Source: Octopus sinensis (lineage: Eukaryota). Taken from it: a stretch of DNA of 64,000 nucleotides. The number at the start of each line of letters is the position of its first letter. The first letter of the stretch is position 1. Position numbers and translations under genes: made by a program. A model generated the notes under the pieces. It worked only from the letters and a program-made list of their open reading frames with translations. It searched no databases and was not told where the DNA came from. The stretch is taken from positions 38,998,001 to 39,062,000 of the forward strand of contig NC_043004.1 in NCBI RefSeq assembly GCF_006345805.1, written 5' to 3'. Shown piece by piece: positions 42,084 to 55,300 of the stretch.

Positions 42084-42126
<43 letters not shown>

Positions 42127-42320
42127 ACTGCAGCAGCAGTAGTGGTAGATGTAGAAGAAAGAAGTAGAATAAGAAAGTAGAAGAAGAAGAAGAAGAAGAA
42201 GAAGAAGAAGAAGAAGAAGAACAACAACAACAACAACAACCATAACAACAATAATAATAACAATAACAATGAGGACGACAACAACAGCAGGAGCAACTAC
42301 AACAACAGCAACAACAAATA
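41870..42320. repeat. Compound trinucleotide array (CTA, CTG, AAT, AGT, GAA, CAA)
   Basis: Direct reading. Confidence 0.9.
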
Positions 42321-43306
42321 GATGTGGAAGCGGAGTCTAGAAGAATTACCAATTAAAAAGGACCCGTTTTAAATACATAAAGGCAAATAATTAAATAATA
42401 AAGTCTTTAAAAATTGTAACCGATGCCATGCACACTGTCGCCATGGCTCTATGTCGCATGTCTCTGTTGTCGCTGGCATCGCAGATTTCGTATGGCGGCC
42501 TGATATGATCGATGTAGTTAAAATGACATTTCTCCTTTGGTGCCATACTGTCGATGCTATTACCTGTTGTTTGAAAGTAAAGCTACAAGTCGCTGCAACA
42601 ACAGTAGAAGCAGCAGCAGAGGCAGCAGCTGAAGCAGTTGCAAAATGTATTGGAAATCTACTGCTGTGTGTACCGACTGCTTTAGTTGCGAAGTTTCTTA
42701 GGTTGTCGCTTGAAATAAATTCATTAATATTACCTTCAGTTTTCATGACGCTTCAAGGTATTTTCGACTTTCGAATGATGTTATCGTTTTGAACTTTGAA
42801 AAATAAAATACAAGAATATGCAACACGATGGAATATGATGGAAAACAAGATAGATCCATCTGAATTTGCATTCACTTTCTAAAGGATAACCCCACTTGCT
42901 ATATTCTTCTTCTTCTTCTTATTATTATTATTATTATTATCATTATTATTATTATTATATTATCATTATTATTATTATTATCATTATCATCATTATTAGT
43001 ATTAGTATTATTATCAAATTGAAGATTCTACCGCCTTATATTCAAAGTAGCATCTACTATATATAGTAACACAAATGCGCTGGGTTTTTTTTTTCATTTC
43101 GTTCTCTATATCTCTTTCACTCATCCCCATCTCCCCCTCTCTCTCTCTTTCTCTGTTTCCCTCTCCCGTTTTTACTCTCTCTTTCTCTATCTTCGTTTTT
43201 CTGCCAGTCACTACGTCATTTGATCTTTTATTTTCGCTACTCTATTTTTATCAACTTATGTAACTCACAATATCATTCTGATTTGAAGACAATTATGTTT
43301 AGGTGC

Positions 43307-43431
<125 letters not shown>

Positions 43432-43434
43432 GCT

Positions 43435-43474
<40 letters not shown>

Positions 43475-44182
43475 TATATATACCGACCAGGCTATCAGAT
43501 GTTGTTACACATCGCTGGTCACAATGCGCTTCGCATTGTTTTAGCCTTCAAATGACGCCACCCCGCTGGCTAAGCGAGCAGGTCATATATATATAGATAT
43601 ATATATATACATATATTACTATGTAATATATATTTATATTTATACACATATATATTTACACATACATATACACATATACACACATACATACACACATACA
43701 AACATACATACATATATACATACACACACACACATACACGTGTATATATATTATAAGAAGGAGTAATAATTGATTATATAAGTAGATAGTCCTTGAAAAC
43801 CTGAGCGATGTTTCATAAAAGGGAAAGTAGCGAAGGGGAAACAGGAAAAGAAAGTGATTTCTCTATATTTACTCCATCTCACTCGGCAACCGTATAAGCA
43901 CACTGTATCCATTTATATTCTCATTTTATGATATATACTTTCATAAACATTTTAATCTTAAATACATTGATATTATTTTACACTATATTATACTGAATGC
44001 ATATGTGAGTGACTAACTAATACACAACGTGATAGCACGGAATAATATTTTATATTCACTACGTATGACGTAACAAGATTGGAACTTATAATAGATTTGC
44101 TATGCTTCTCTCATGTATTTCATAGCATTCTTCGATCGTACTGGAGTGCTAGACCGAAACATATACGATTATGGTAATATAT

Positions 44183-44410
44183 GTTTTCTTATTACCCACA
44201 AGGGGCTAAACATAGAGGGGACAAACAAAGACAAACGAATTAAGTCGATTACAACGACCCCAGTGTGTAACTGGTACTTAATTTATCGACCCCGAAAGGA
44301 TGAAAGGCAAAGTCGACCTCGGCGGAATTTGAACTCAGAACGCAGCGGCGGACGAAATACCGCAAAGCATTTCGCCCGGCGTGCTAACGATTCTGCCAGC
44401 TCGCCGCCTT
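44183..44410 (-). mobile_element. Full-length SINE family B with 15-bp TSD
   Basis: TSD ATTATGGTAATATAT at 44168-44182 and 44411-44425. A box TGGCAGAATCG, B box GAGTTCAAATTC, tail TGTCCCCTCTATGTTTAGCCCCTTGTGGGTAATAAGAAA. Confidence 0.92.
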
Positions 44411-45281
44411 ATTATGGTAATATATATCTGTTTAATGCTTTTGTGTGTATCTGTAGAGTTTTATGGTAGATTGCAAAGATTTTGGTTTAAGTTGACATAA
44501 ATTCTGTAAATATTAATGAAATTTTCAGTTTGCTTTTCGGACCAGTTTAATCCGAAATAGACAATATCTAATATTTTCCATATACCAGATTGCTTTGAAT
44601 TCACTGCTTTGGTTTCATACTATTCTTCATAATATTACTCTTCAAAACAAATTAATGGCTATTTTCATAAATTCGTTATATTGCAATAAAAGCTTTTGTA
44701 CAGCAGTAATTAAAATGGGAAGAATAATTCCTAAGCTGCGCGTATATTAATTTCTATGCGATTATACATTGTCAAAATATTGGAACTTGATACGATGAAA
44801 TAAGCTATAAACTAATGTGTCTATATGGAGTCTTGCGTCCCTACCTCTCTCTTTGCCGGAGATGAGGCCGAATTCTTAAATTTCGTCATGGAATATTCAT
44901 GCTAAATTCTCCCTTCACCAGCAGAAAAAAGAAAACAATTTTATAGAGAAATTAATGAAGATAACTCACGGAATTATATAATACATATAGGAATATCATT
45001 ACATATTCGTAGCCCAAAAGATTTTGCATAATTAACGTTATTACTCCTATAAATGGTGGTCAGAGTCACTGGTCTGCAAAATCTCACATTTCTGTCATTG
45101 AATCCTGAAAAAGGGTAAGTTGTATATGTTCTATGCAAAGCAGGGGCTGCAAAGGAAAATTTGGAGAGGCATATGCTTCTTCAGATAATAACGTGACCAA
45201 ATGGGACAAAATATCACCAAACATTATGCCCAGTGTGATAAAGATTCTGCCAGCTCACCGTCTTCTCAATAATAATAATAA

Positions 45282-45312
<31 letters not shown>

Positions 45313-45469
45313 AAGAAGAAGAAGATGAAAAGAAGAAGAAAAAGAAGAAGAAAAAGAAGTAGAACAAGAAGAAGAGGAAAAGAAGAAGAAAAAGAAGAAG
45401 AAAAAGAAGAAGAAGAAGAAGAAGAAGAAGAAGAAGAAGAAGAAGAAGAAGAAGAAGAAGAAGAAGAAA

Positions 45470-45830
45470 AATCACCGGATATAACAGAGATTATTAAGAA
45501 GAAAGACGCCTTCTAACCGATGTATGTATACCAACAGATGACAACATTTTTCTAAAAGAAAAAGAGAAACTTTCAAAATACAATGATCTGGAAATAGAGG
45601 TAACTCGAAAGTGGAGCCTGAAAACAGAAACAGTTGGTATAATAGTAGACGCGTTAGGTATGACAGAAATCTTTCAAATGTATAACCAAAACACCAGGTC
45701 ATACAAGTGCATATAACAAGCAGAAAATAGCACTACTAGGCACTGCACACATCCTACATAAAGCAGTTTCAAAACAGTGACAATAAGAACACCACAACAC
45801 ATACCATGCGGTGAAAGTACATGATAAACA
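45470..45830 (+). mobile_element. R4/Dong RLE C-terminal fragment between (GAA)n arrays
   Basis: PDI...KEKEKLSKYNDLEIEVTRKWSLKTETV...QKIALLGTAHIL. Confidence 0.8.
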
Positions 45831-45924
45831 TAAGATGAAGAAGAAGAGGAAGAGGAAGAAGAAGAAGAAGAAGAAGAAGAAGAAGAAGAAGAAGAAGAAG
45901 AAGAAGAAGAAGAATATTCTCAAT

Positions 45925-46125
45925 GTTGAAAAGGATCCCCCTATATATAGGGGAGGCAGCTGTAGTTAACTTTAACGGTATTTTTGTTAAGTATCTTGTC
46001 TTCTTCATGTCAGTGGGGGAAGTAGTTGTCTATGAATGTCAGGAATTTTTTTAGCTATGTACAAGGCCATATTCATACTATAGAGGGGATTATATCATAA
46101 AATTTTTCTCTGCCTCCATCTTCTT
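45925..46125 (-). mobile_element. Penelope-like element linker relic
   Basis: YNPLYSMNMALYIAKKFLTFIDNYFP and KILNKNTVKVNYSCLP resemble the PLE motifs WFNPP.S..V...IGK.FL.LIDKHFP and KIFNRNTVKVSYSCMP. Confidence 0.7.
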
Positions 46126-46429
46126 GATTTATACTGCTCTTGAAGTTAGTCGTTTTTATTACACCGTTGTAAGAAAAAAATATTCGATACAGCTTTTGCC
46201 AGCGTACCAACTACACCAGCGTTACTATCACAGCCAGTGCCAACCAAAACAAAGAAACAACGTATTGACAACAGCAACAGAGCAAATGAGGGAGAAACAA
46301 ATATGAAAACAGCAGCCAGGCAACATCATGAAACCAGTCAATATTTTGCACTTCCGTCTTTACGATCACGAGAAAAGAAGACACAGCACACTAGTCACTC
46401 ATCGTTGCTTTTCCTGACATTGTCCACCG

Positions 46430-46800
46430 AATGAAAGAAGAAATTATTACACTGTAGAAGCATTAAAAGAGAGAAATGGAATGTTGTGGACACAAGTAAG
46501 ACGCATAAAATTAAAAATCTGTCCAACAGCAGACAAACTATAAAACGATTACTTATGAACAATTGTGTTGAAACCAAAGAAATTAGATGAGGTGAATCTA
46601 AAACCATTATGGTACGGTAGAGGTGAGATTCATACAGAAGCAGCTTTAAACACTCAACGACAACTCCGAAAACTGAACGGGCGCCGAAAATATGTCAAAT
46701 TCAAAATAGTTGACATCCCTCCAGGAAGCAACATGTGGTGGTTGGTGGCAGCAATTCTTCTAGGTATACAAGAGATGGATAGCCTTCTGCAAATACAGAA
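46430..46800 (+). pseudogene. Decayed Tx1-like ORF1 fragment homologous to the ORF1s at 58.5-62.8 kb
   Basis: YGTVEVRF and GRRKYVKFKIVDIPPG...WLVAAILLG parallel YGTVEVRF and KGKRTSKISMNNIPPE...CLVAAVMVG. Confidence 0.65.
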
Positions 46801-47291
46801 TTAGACTATCGGCTGAATCCTTCATGACGTCACTCCACCATCCACCATTAAGAAGACAGAGCTTGTGATGTTCATCTCTCTAGTGGTTATGATGAATGTG
46901 GTGGTAGGGATTCATAGGATTGGGGAAAGACACCTTTCCCTCCCGTCAAGCTACGATTGAAATTTTTAAGTCCCACGTGAAACGAAAAGAGAGGTTGAAG
47001 AGTGAAGTGCTACGTCCCTCTGAATTCGTAAAGCAGTTGGGGTACTGTAGAAAAATTGTTTAGAGTTAACGGCCCTACTTTAAGCATACACATGTAGATT
47101 GGAGTGTATAAGAGAGGGCAAGTGCCATTTATTGTCACGGTAATTCTGGATCTGTAGGTTTCCTTGATTAGCCCTAGTTGTGAGGTTATCCTCTATCAGA
47201 ACGACTGCATCATTCATGTAATCACATACTTTGCACACTATATGCTACTACTACTACTAGTAGTAGTAGTAGTGTTGCCATTGTTATTATT

Positions 47292-47930
47292 ATTGAGAGA
47301 GAGTAGTGTACGCCATTAAACTGACGCTGGAGTATAAGTATACCAAGCCCAATATACCCACGGCGATTGGTCAAACTAAAGCGCTAGACCCGAGCAAAAA
47401 AAACCACAGAAAAATAGTGTAATAGGTGTAAAACAACTTTCTCTAAACGAATATGAATCTGATGAGGGTACACCAGGTACATACATCAAAACCATATGTG
47501 CATGCCATGTTGATATCATATCAAAGGAAAACAGTGCATGATCTTACAGGAGGAACCTAGTTACAATTTTCTTCCGGTTAGTAGTCTATCCCTCTCAAAA
47601 CGTCCCTAAATAAAGCTCGTTTAAGGATGATGAACGAAACACACATGTTTCCAGGATTTAATTATTTAAACTGCATAGAACCCCTTTTAACACATGGTTA
47701 TGATGCTCACCTACTACTTCTGCTCGGGATCAGAGATGCATATAACATCAGGCATTAAGGAGTATGCTTAACTCTTAAGGGCCAGGAAATGACAAGCAAA
47801 TGCATGGTATTGAACATATTTCCTGTGGCCCATCTCTTATAGCAAGATAAAATATGCACTTGTTAACACTTCCCATAAGTTAAGATCTGAATCTATGAGA
47901 ACCAATGCCTGGTGTTCCATCAGGGTATAT
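47292..47930 (-). mobile_element. Diverged copy of the ~560 bp microsatellite-associated repeat
   Basis: The reverse complement aligns along 20856-21410, with an internal insertion. Confidence 0.75.
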
Positions 47931-47944
47931 TGTTATTCTAATAT

Positions 47945-48470
47945 TAAAACTGACAGCTTATTTTGCGAGGTATTATGGAAAGTGTTAGCTGTCCACAGCC
48001 AGCAGACTAAGGTGACACTTGTTTACTGATCATGCTTCAAGAATCTTGCGAAGAATTCTTGCAGTTCCCAGCAATGATGATATTTGTAAGTGTTCTACAT
48101 TCACATTTGAACATTATCAGCATCATCATCATCATCGTCGTCGTCGTCATCATCATCATCATCATCACCATCATCATGATCTTATTATTATTATTATTAT
48201 TACTATTGCCTTTGCACAGCTTCTAATGCTGGAGATTTACTACAGTGTCAGCTGTTCATCCAGTGAACTAAGGTAACACCTATTATTTTTCGAGCACCTT
48301 CTGGAGAATTCGAGCGGTTCCAAGTAGTGCTGCTTTCTGCAAGTGCTCCACCCGTATTGCAACCCCTATTTGTTCCACGTACTTCTCGAGATTTTTGCTC
48401 ACTGTTCCCAGAGCTCCGACAATTATTGGTACTACAACTACCTTTTCCATCGACCACAACTACTTAACTT
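47945..48470 (-). mobile_element. Two R4/Dong LINE 3' ends separated by (CAT)n/(TAT)n
   Basis: VEHLQISSLLGTARILRKILEA* (~48030-48110) and VVVPIIVGALGTVSKNLEKY...VEHLQKAALLGTARILQKVLEK* (~48285-48445). Confidence 0.8.
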
Positions 48471-48559
48471 ATTCTTATTATTCTTATCATCATCATCATC
48501 ATCATCATCATCATCGTCATTATTATCATCATCATCATCATCATCTTCATTAATAAACC

Positions 48560-48730
48560 GGTGAACCCTGTAAGGTTGTTAACACACCGGGCAAATTTAC
48601 GTTCTGAGTTGAAATTCCACCGAGGTCACTTTTGCCTCTCATCTGTTTTCGTGGCTGATAAAATAAGTACCAGTTGAATACTGGGTCGATCCAATCGACT
48701 TGGATCTTCCTGCAAAACCGATGGCCGTTG
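48560..48730 (+). mobile_element. Degenerate SINE family B
   Basis: ACGTTCTGAGTTGAAATTCCACCGAGGTCACTTTTGCC...AAGTACCAGTT. Confidence 0.6.
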
Positions 48731-49561
48731 TTGTTCTTGTTAGTAGTATTATATCTGTGAAGTTGATATTTTTGTAATCGTCATTATAATCCACGTAGTC
48801 ATCACTATTGTCATGACTGTAAAGTCAATAACGACATAGACACCGAGACGTCACCAACGATAATATGATATGTTAAATCTCTATTGAAATAGTTTCCGAT
48901 CATGCTCTTGCTTTAATTAGGCTTATTAGGATTGTTTTCTCTCTCCCTTTTTTAAAAATGTAGATCGGTTATCGCATAAAAGATTCGCAAGCCATAGACT
49001 AAGGAAATGGTGATGATGAAGTATGTGCTGTCGAGGATAATGACGATGATGGTTGTGGCGATGTAGGTGATGAAGGCGGCGGAAGCAGTGCAGGCGGTGA
49101 AGGTGGTGGTGGTGGTGGTGGTGATGGAGGTGGGGGTGGTTGTGATGGTGGTAGTGGCAGTGGTTGTCCTGGTGGTGGCAGTAATGTTCCTTGTGTGGGG
49201 GGTTATATCGAGATGATGGTGGGAGTTTATCAGTATCTTTACGATATTCATCGACCCCATCGTCAACATCCTTATGACCACCACCAATACCATCATCATC
49301 ATTATCATCATCAACACGACCACCATTATCATCGTTATGATCGTCATCATCGTCGTCACCATCTTCCTCGGCATGAAAATCAGCAACCAGATCCGAATAG
49401 TGTTTCTGTGTCACAAAATTTTGAAAAGTATCGTAATGTAATATTTGAAACATTGTTGTGTTTTTCCTTCATCTTTCTATTCATCTTATTTTCTTTTATT
49501 CTTCATATTATAATTCTTGTTGCTTCATACATATATTTTCATGTGTTCTTTTATTTGTTCC

Positions 49562-49970
49562 AAGGCGTGGAAGCTTCTCTTCCCAACCACATGTTTCGGT
49601 CCCATTGTTTGACATCTTGGGCAAGTGTCTTCTACTACAACCATGGAGCGTCAAAAGCCTTGTGAGTGGATTTGGTAGATGTAAACTGAAATAATCCTAT
49701 ATGTACGTGTGTGCGTGTTTGTGTGTGTCTGTATGTTTGTGTATATTTATGTGTATGTCTTTGCGTCTGTGCATTCCACTAAACGCTTGACAAGTGTTGC
49801 TGGTGTATCTACGTTCCCGTAACTTAGCGGTTCGGATAAAGTGTTCCGATAGTATAAGTACCGGGTTTAAAATAAGAAATACTGGGGTCGGTTCATTCGA
49901 GTAGAAAATTCTCTAGGCTGGTGCCCCTTCATGGCTGTAGTGTAATGACTGGAACAAGTAAAAAAAAAGG
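49562..49970 (+). mobile_element. Degenerate SINE family A
   Basis: CTTGGGCAAGTGTCTTCTACTA, GCCTTGTGAGTGGATTTGGTAGA and AATGACTGGAACAAGTAAAA. Confidence 0.75.
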
Positions 49971-50799
49971 ATTAAACTTTGTTTTCTGCATTGTCCTTGT
50001 GATATAATTTTCATTCAAAGGGCAAAGAAGAAACTACGTTGTCAAGCCAACTGCTACAAAATATCCACAAAAATCTCCCTTAGGAAACAACTCACCATCT
50101 TGAAAAGGGGGAGGCATCCTTCTGTGATGGAGTTACTAGATACTCCTAAAGAGATGGTATGGTCTTGCTTACAACGTTGTTTATCCTATATCTAATCCAA
50201 GAAGGATGAAATGAAACTGGTCATCAACAACTTTTCCGAATACCACTAAATGCAAAAAGGTAGCTCAACCCGTTACAAACAGCAGTCATATTTCATTGGT
50301 ATTACCCCATAGTATCTTAATTCTGTGGTATTCGATAACGAATTATTGTATTATTCTTCTGGTATGACCGTCGTTGGTCATAATTTTAAAGCTATCTCGG
50401 AAATAATAGAAATTAAAAATTTCATTTATTGAGCCAATGCCTGAAACTTCTATGTGATCGCAGGACCTGTTAAAAATAGTAATGAAACTCCTTTCAAGTT
50501 AAAACAATAAAAATATAAGGGGAGATATCATAGCTTTTATGTAGACAAGACATGATATTCACTGACCCAGATACATTGAATCATCAGTGTAATGGTTCAT
50601 AATACCTCTGGCACTGAACGCCAACAATATTTTGCACTATTATCCATTTCTTTTCATATTTTTTTATATCATATCCTTCCGTTATTTTGTGTTATTTTCT
50701 TTCCATTTCTTTTAGATATTATGCTTGATTGTTTAAGTTATAATAGTTTCTCACTTGAAATTATTCTGGAACTGTGTGTATGAATGTATGTGTGTATGA

Positions 50800-51177
50800 C
50801 ACATGCAAGACTCAAGAGAGATTTAAAGAAAAATGTTGTGACCGAGAAGGTGAATCTCAATGAATTTTTGGGTGCACGGTTTGTGACACATTATGCTTTT
50901 CTTTTGCTGGACTCAAATTTCATTTGCGGACCCCACTGAAAAATGAATCTCCAGCAACTTCTGCTAATATATTTGAGCACACCTTTCAATGCCGTGTATG
51001 CCACAAGGTCTGAAAATCTAACGAAGGCCTCAAAAGACATTTTAAGTTCCACAAAGAACAGAACTTAACTGCTGCTCTTGGTGGTCCAAAGCAGATATGT
51101 AATCTATGACGGTGTCTTTTCAATATATTGTCAGCTTTAAAAAGCCATATCAAACGCCATTATGGATATAAGGTGTA
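50800..51177 (+). pseudogene. Three decayed C2H2 zinc fingers, probably the C-terminus of an RTE-type LINE
   Basis: CTVCDTLCFSFAGLKFHLRT(H), CRVCHKV*KSNEGLKRHFKFH and CNL*RCLFNILSALKSHIKRH. No TGEKP linkers, preceded by HARLKRDLKK. Confidence 0.6.
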
Positions 51178-51324
51178 AGTGCACGAAATGGGCAGACTCT
51201 GCATAAAAATAAACAACCACCAGGTACGTAAGTATGTATGTATCTTCATGTGTCTGTTTATGCATACAAATCCAAACGCATATATATACTTATACACTTA
51301 CATATGCAAACACACACACACACG

Positions 51325-51358
<34 letters not shown>

Positions 51359-53499
51359 ATATATTAGGTCTAACCCGTTGGAGCTTAATGGAGGACCGCA
51401 ATGTAATTATTGTTTCCAGATCATCCCAGAAAATATATTTGAAAAGAATAGTAAAATGACTGTGAGCGATAATTGCAACAAAGCTTCCAATCCCCTTTGT
51501 GGTGCTTTCCACAATTCATACGAACTATTGATTTCTAAACTTGGTATTAGGTAATAAATTTCAAGAGACTTTATAATTAATTAATTGAAGCCCTGGGGTG
51601 ACTGGAAAATTCATTTCATTGACTCCAACAGATGAAAGCCAAAATTCACTTCTGTGTTTGAACTCAAAGTGTAAAATGTGATGTGGCCATAGACCACAAG
51701 ACATTATTTCTTCCGAAACTAAAACACCTTTGTCAGCCTACCACCCAAGAGACCTTAAAACAAACATTATATTTTTGGGTTTTGTCTTACTTCTTAGATG
51801 TATATTTTCTCCTTTTGATACGTTTTGCTGCGTTTCGTTTATTAATTAGAACGGTCGTTTGACGAAAATTCTCCCTTCAACGTAATTTCTTCTGCTTCGT
51901 GCATCTAATTTTCTTTTGATATAAGTATCGTATTTTTTATTCCTTTAATATTCTGTCTCACTACATATTTCACTGTTTTATTAAGAACTTCATTTTGTTT
52001 TTCTGTGTAATTACTATCTCACTGCCTTAATTTTCTCTTTGTTTCATTTTACAATATCTGTCGTTTTATTTTTAAATCTTTCGATCTTGCTCGGAGGAGA
52101 AAGAGCAATATCTATTTCCCCCAGGAGGACAGTGTTGTTGTAGACGGAAGCGTAGGAAAATACCATAACTCGTTGGCTACACTAAGAGCTTGAGACAAAG
52201 TGAACGTCTCTAAAGTACTTTAAAACAATATGGTGTAAGAAAATATTATTAGATTCAGTCTGAGGAAGTCATGCAGTCTATTCGAAGTCTGCAAGAAGTG
52301 ATACAGTCTACTCGCCAAGATTCTGCATAGTTTTTTTTTCTCTGCAAAATTTCACTTGCAATGAATGCAAAGATCTGCTCTAGAACACCTGTTGAAGAAT
52401 ACATTTACCTAAGTTGTCACGTTGTGAGCTAGAAACTGCAGCTAGTTTATAAACCGGACTAACTTCTTAAACACAATCTTCCATGCCACCTTACCCTCTC
52501 TGTGTATATTAATTTCCTTTTATTTTTCTTCATTCCTCACCTAAATTTACGTCTATTTTTTTTTATCTATCTTTATAGCATTGACATTAACGAGCCACCA
52601 TTAAAGCTTATGAAATCAAATCTCTGAGTCAATAAGGGTTAAAAACCAACGATTAGTGTTTCAATTAGTCATTTGTGTTATCTCGTGAAGCTGATAATAA
52701 ACGGAATCCTTTCCAGTTCTTCTCTCAGCAGCTACTAAGCATACATACAGTAGCATTTCATTATAAATATCAATACTGAAGGTGATTTGAGAGACAAGAT
52801 AAACTGTCCAATGCCCTTTGTGTCAATGGGTCTCGAGGAAGTCGAGCTGCTACAGGCTATTTTATTTCTGGTATTTATTTTGTTGTTATTGTAAGAAGCA
52901 ATGATACGATACTAATTTGAGAATTTCCTGTAATTCTAGCAGAACAAATTATCATACGTTATCTAGCTGAACTAGATTGATATTTTGTCTCTGTATAAAA
53001 CGGAACACTCAACTAAGTTTTAATGATTATAGGTAACGTAGCAAGAAAATATACGCTTTTACTGATAATGCAAGTAAAATTGATCTATGTAAAGATCATT
53101 GGTTACAAAAGGTCAACATTATATACATGCTTGACCTGGTTTCTAACCTAGATAAAAATCCCCTTCACTGGAATTTCCACATGAACAGTGTAGTCACGCA
53201 TGTATATATGTAGAAATGTAAATATTTGGAGGCAGTACATTTACAGATATATATGTTTTGTTTTATGTATATATACGCACACATACACATGTATGACAAG
53301 ACAAGTGCATATGTATTTATATGTTACATCTTTGGGGGAATTTTACGTAATTTAACAGCTCGGCTCTACCGATGTCTTATACCTGCCGCCTTCAAAATAA
53401 GTTTCTACATTCTGATTTTGAGAACCTTAATTTCTGAAGGATAATGGAGAAATAGTTTCTTATATATCCTAGTTTCGGAGAGTTACGTGTGTATTTCGA

Positions 53500-55300
53500 T
53501 TCTCTTGTTAGTTCATCGTAGGTATTTCTTTGTAGCTGAACTTCACATTGTCTTGAGCAACCAAATTCCACTAAAAACTACTGAGGATAAATGCTTTTCT
53601 CTGTCTTAAACCACCATCTCCCATCATCTTATTTTATTGCATTTTGTTGAGATTTTCACATGGACATTCCACCAGTGTTTTTTCATATTACGAGTGGTTA
53701 TGGCGGTCTTTATATTTCTGTGGATTCTTAGGTATTTGGTCTCAGCACGATCCATCTGGCAGATCTCATTTTTCAGTGTCTTAATAATGACATGACGTCT
53801 CATCAACAGATAATAATCCGATGACATTATGAGGAGGGTGATATCTTCGATGCTAACTTCACAAAGTCTACATATGTTATCATATGTTGTTCTCTTTCCT
53901 ACATTTCTATCCCTTTTGTGCATCAGGAATATGTTAATTATATCATGCCTGTTCCTGGATTGCAGATACGCTTCAAAGTGAGTGTTAATTCATTTGGTTG
54001 TTGCGCCAAGAAAGAACACTTTGATTATCAACGTTGTTATTATCCTGGATCTTTATGCAACAAATTCATGCATGTTATCTACTGATATGTACTCACATTC
54101 TTTTATTTGATTATATGATGCAGTAGAATCGTGCTACTGATCTGAACATGTACTCGAGGTTAACACATAGGGAATATTTCTAGGGGAGAAGCTTTCCGAG
54201 TCTCATGTTATCTGCCTCGTGTATGCAGACTAGGTCAATGGATATGCACTTCGACATAGGGAGTCAAAAGCAGATACCAAATTGTTAGAATGTGGAATTC
54301 AAAAGCTATCCGATGTGATGTGAAGATGCTTCCTTCTTGTTTTCGCTTTAGATAAACATAGTTTATGTTTTTGTTGATGTAAAGAATATTTGTGCAGGTT
54401 AGTATTTTCGAATTTTTACATCAATGGCTCTGATCATATCAATTATCCAATCAAGTAGCCCACATGTTGGTATGAGTGCTGATATTGCAAACATACTGCA
54501 GACCACAGTATATTGCATGCACAGAGTTCTGAGACACATCTTTCTTTCTTATCCGGCCGTTAAATTACTTTGTGACGAGTACATTGTTAAAGGAACTATC
54601 GTAAGATAGGTTTTTATACATGTCTAAGGTACACGTGGCAATCCTTTCAAGATATAGAAGACACAGTCAAGTCATTGATGGAAATGCTGCTAGTCTCATT
54701 TGTAGTTTGGCCTAGTTTTGCAACCATATAGGAAAATGTTTATCTTTGTCAAATTCCAGCCATGTATACTTTGACAATGTTGTAGAAACATAAATATTCT
54801 TTTTCGTCTCATGCATATTCCTGACATATAGTTCAGACTATATACTTTTATCTTCTTGAGTGCCGATGGAACATCATTCAAAATTGTACAATGACAAGAG
54901 GCTTACTGAAACTAAGAACAGCATCACATAGTAACCATCTTCTCGGTATATACCTCTGTGATATTGTATTTTACGAATAATATAATCACTCCTTGTATTT
55001 AACCTTAGGATGGCAGCCCAGAATAAAGTCAAATCTGCTATGGCTTTGATTATGCTCTCTGGAACTTTAACAAGTCGAATGCCTTCTGGTTTACAAAAAT
55101 AGTGGGCTGTTACAAAAGCTTTTTTTATATTCTGACTACATGATAGTTTCCATAATCAAAAATAGTTTACCACATCCCTAAACTCCTTTCTTCGCAGCTG
55201 CTTGTTCCACTATTATAATATTATTTTCACAAGCGTTTTGAAAGAATGGGTTTAAACAGTTTATGTGTATCTTATACGTTAAATCCCGGCATGCAATTAA
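53500..55300 (-). mobile_element. Heavily decayed R4/Dong-like LINE
   Basis: CRLCEVSIEDIT...YYL.MRR...WWNV (Zn-finger/RLE region) and RT-like remnants further upstream on the minus strand. Confidence 0.55.
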
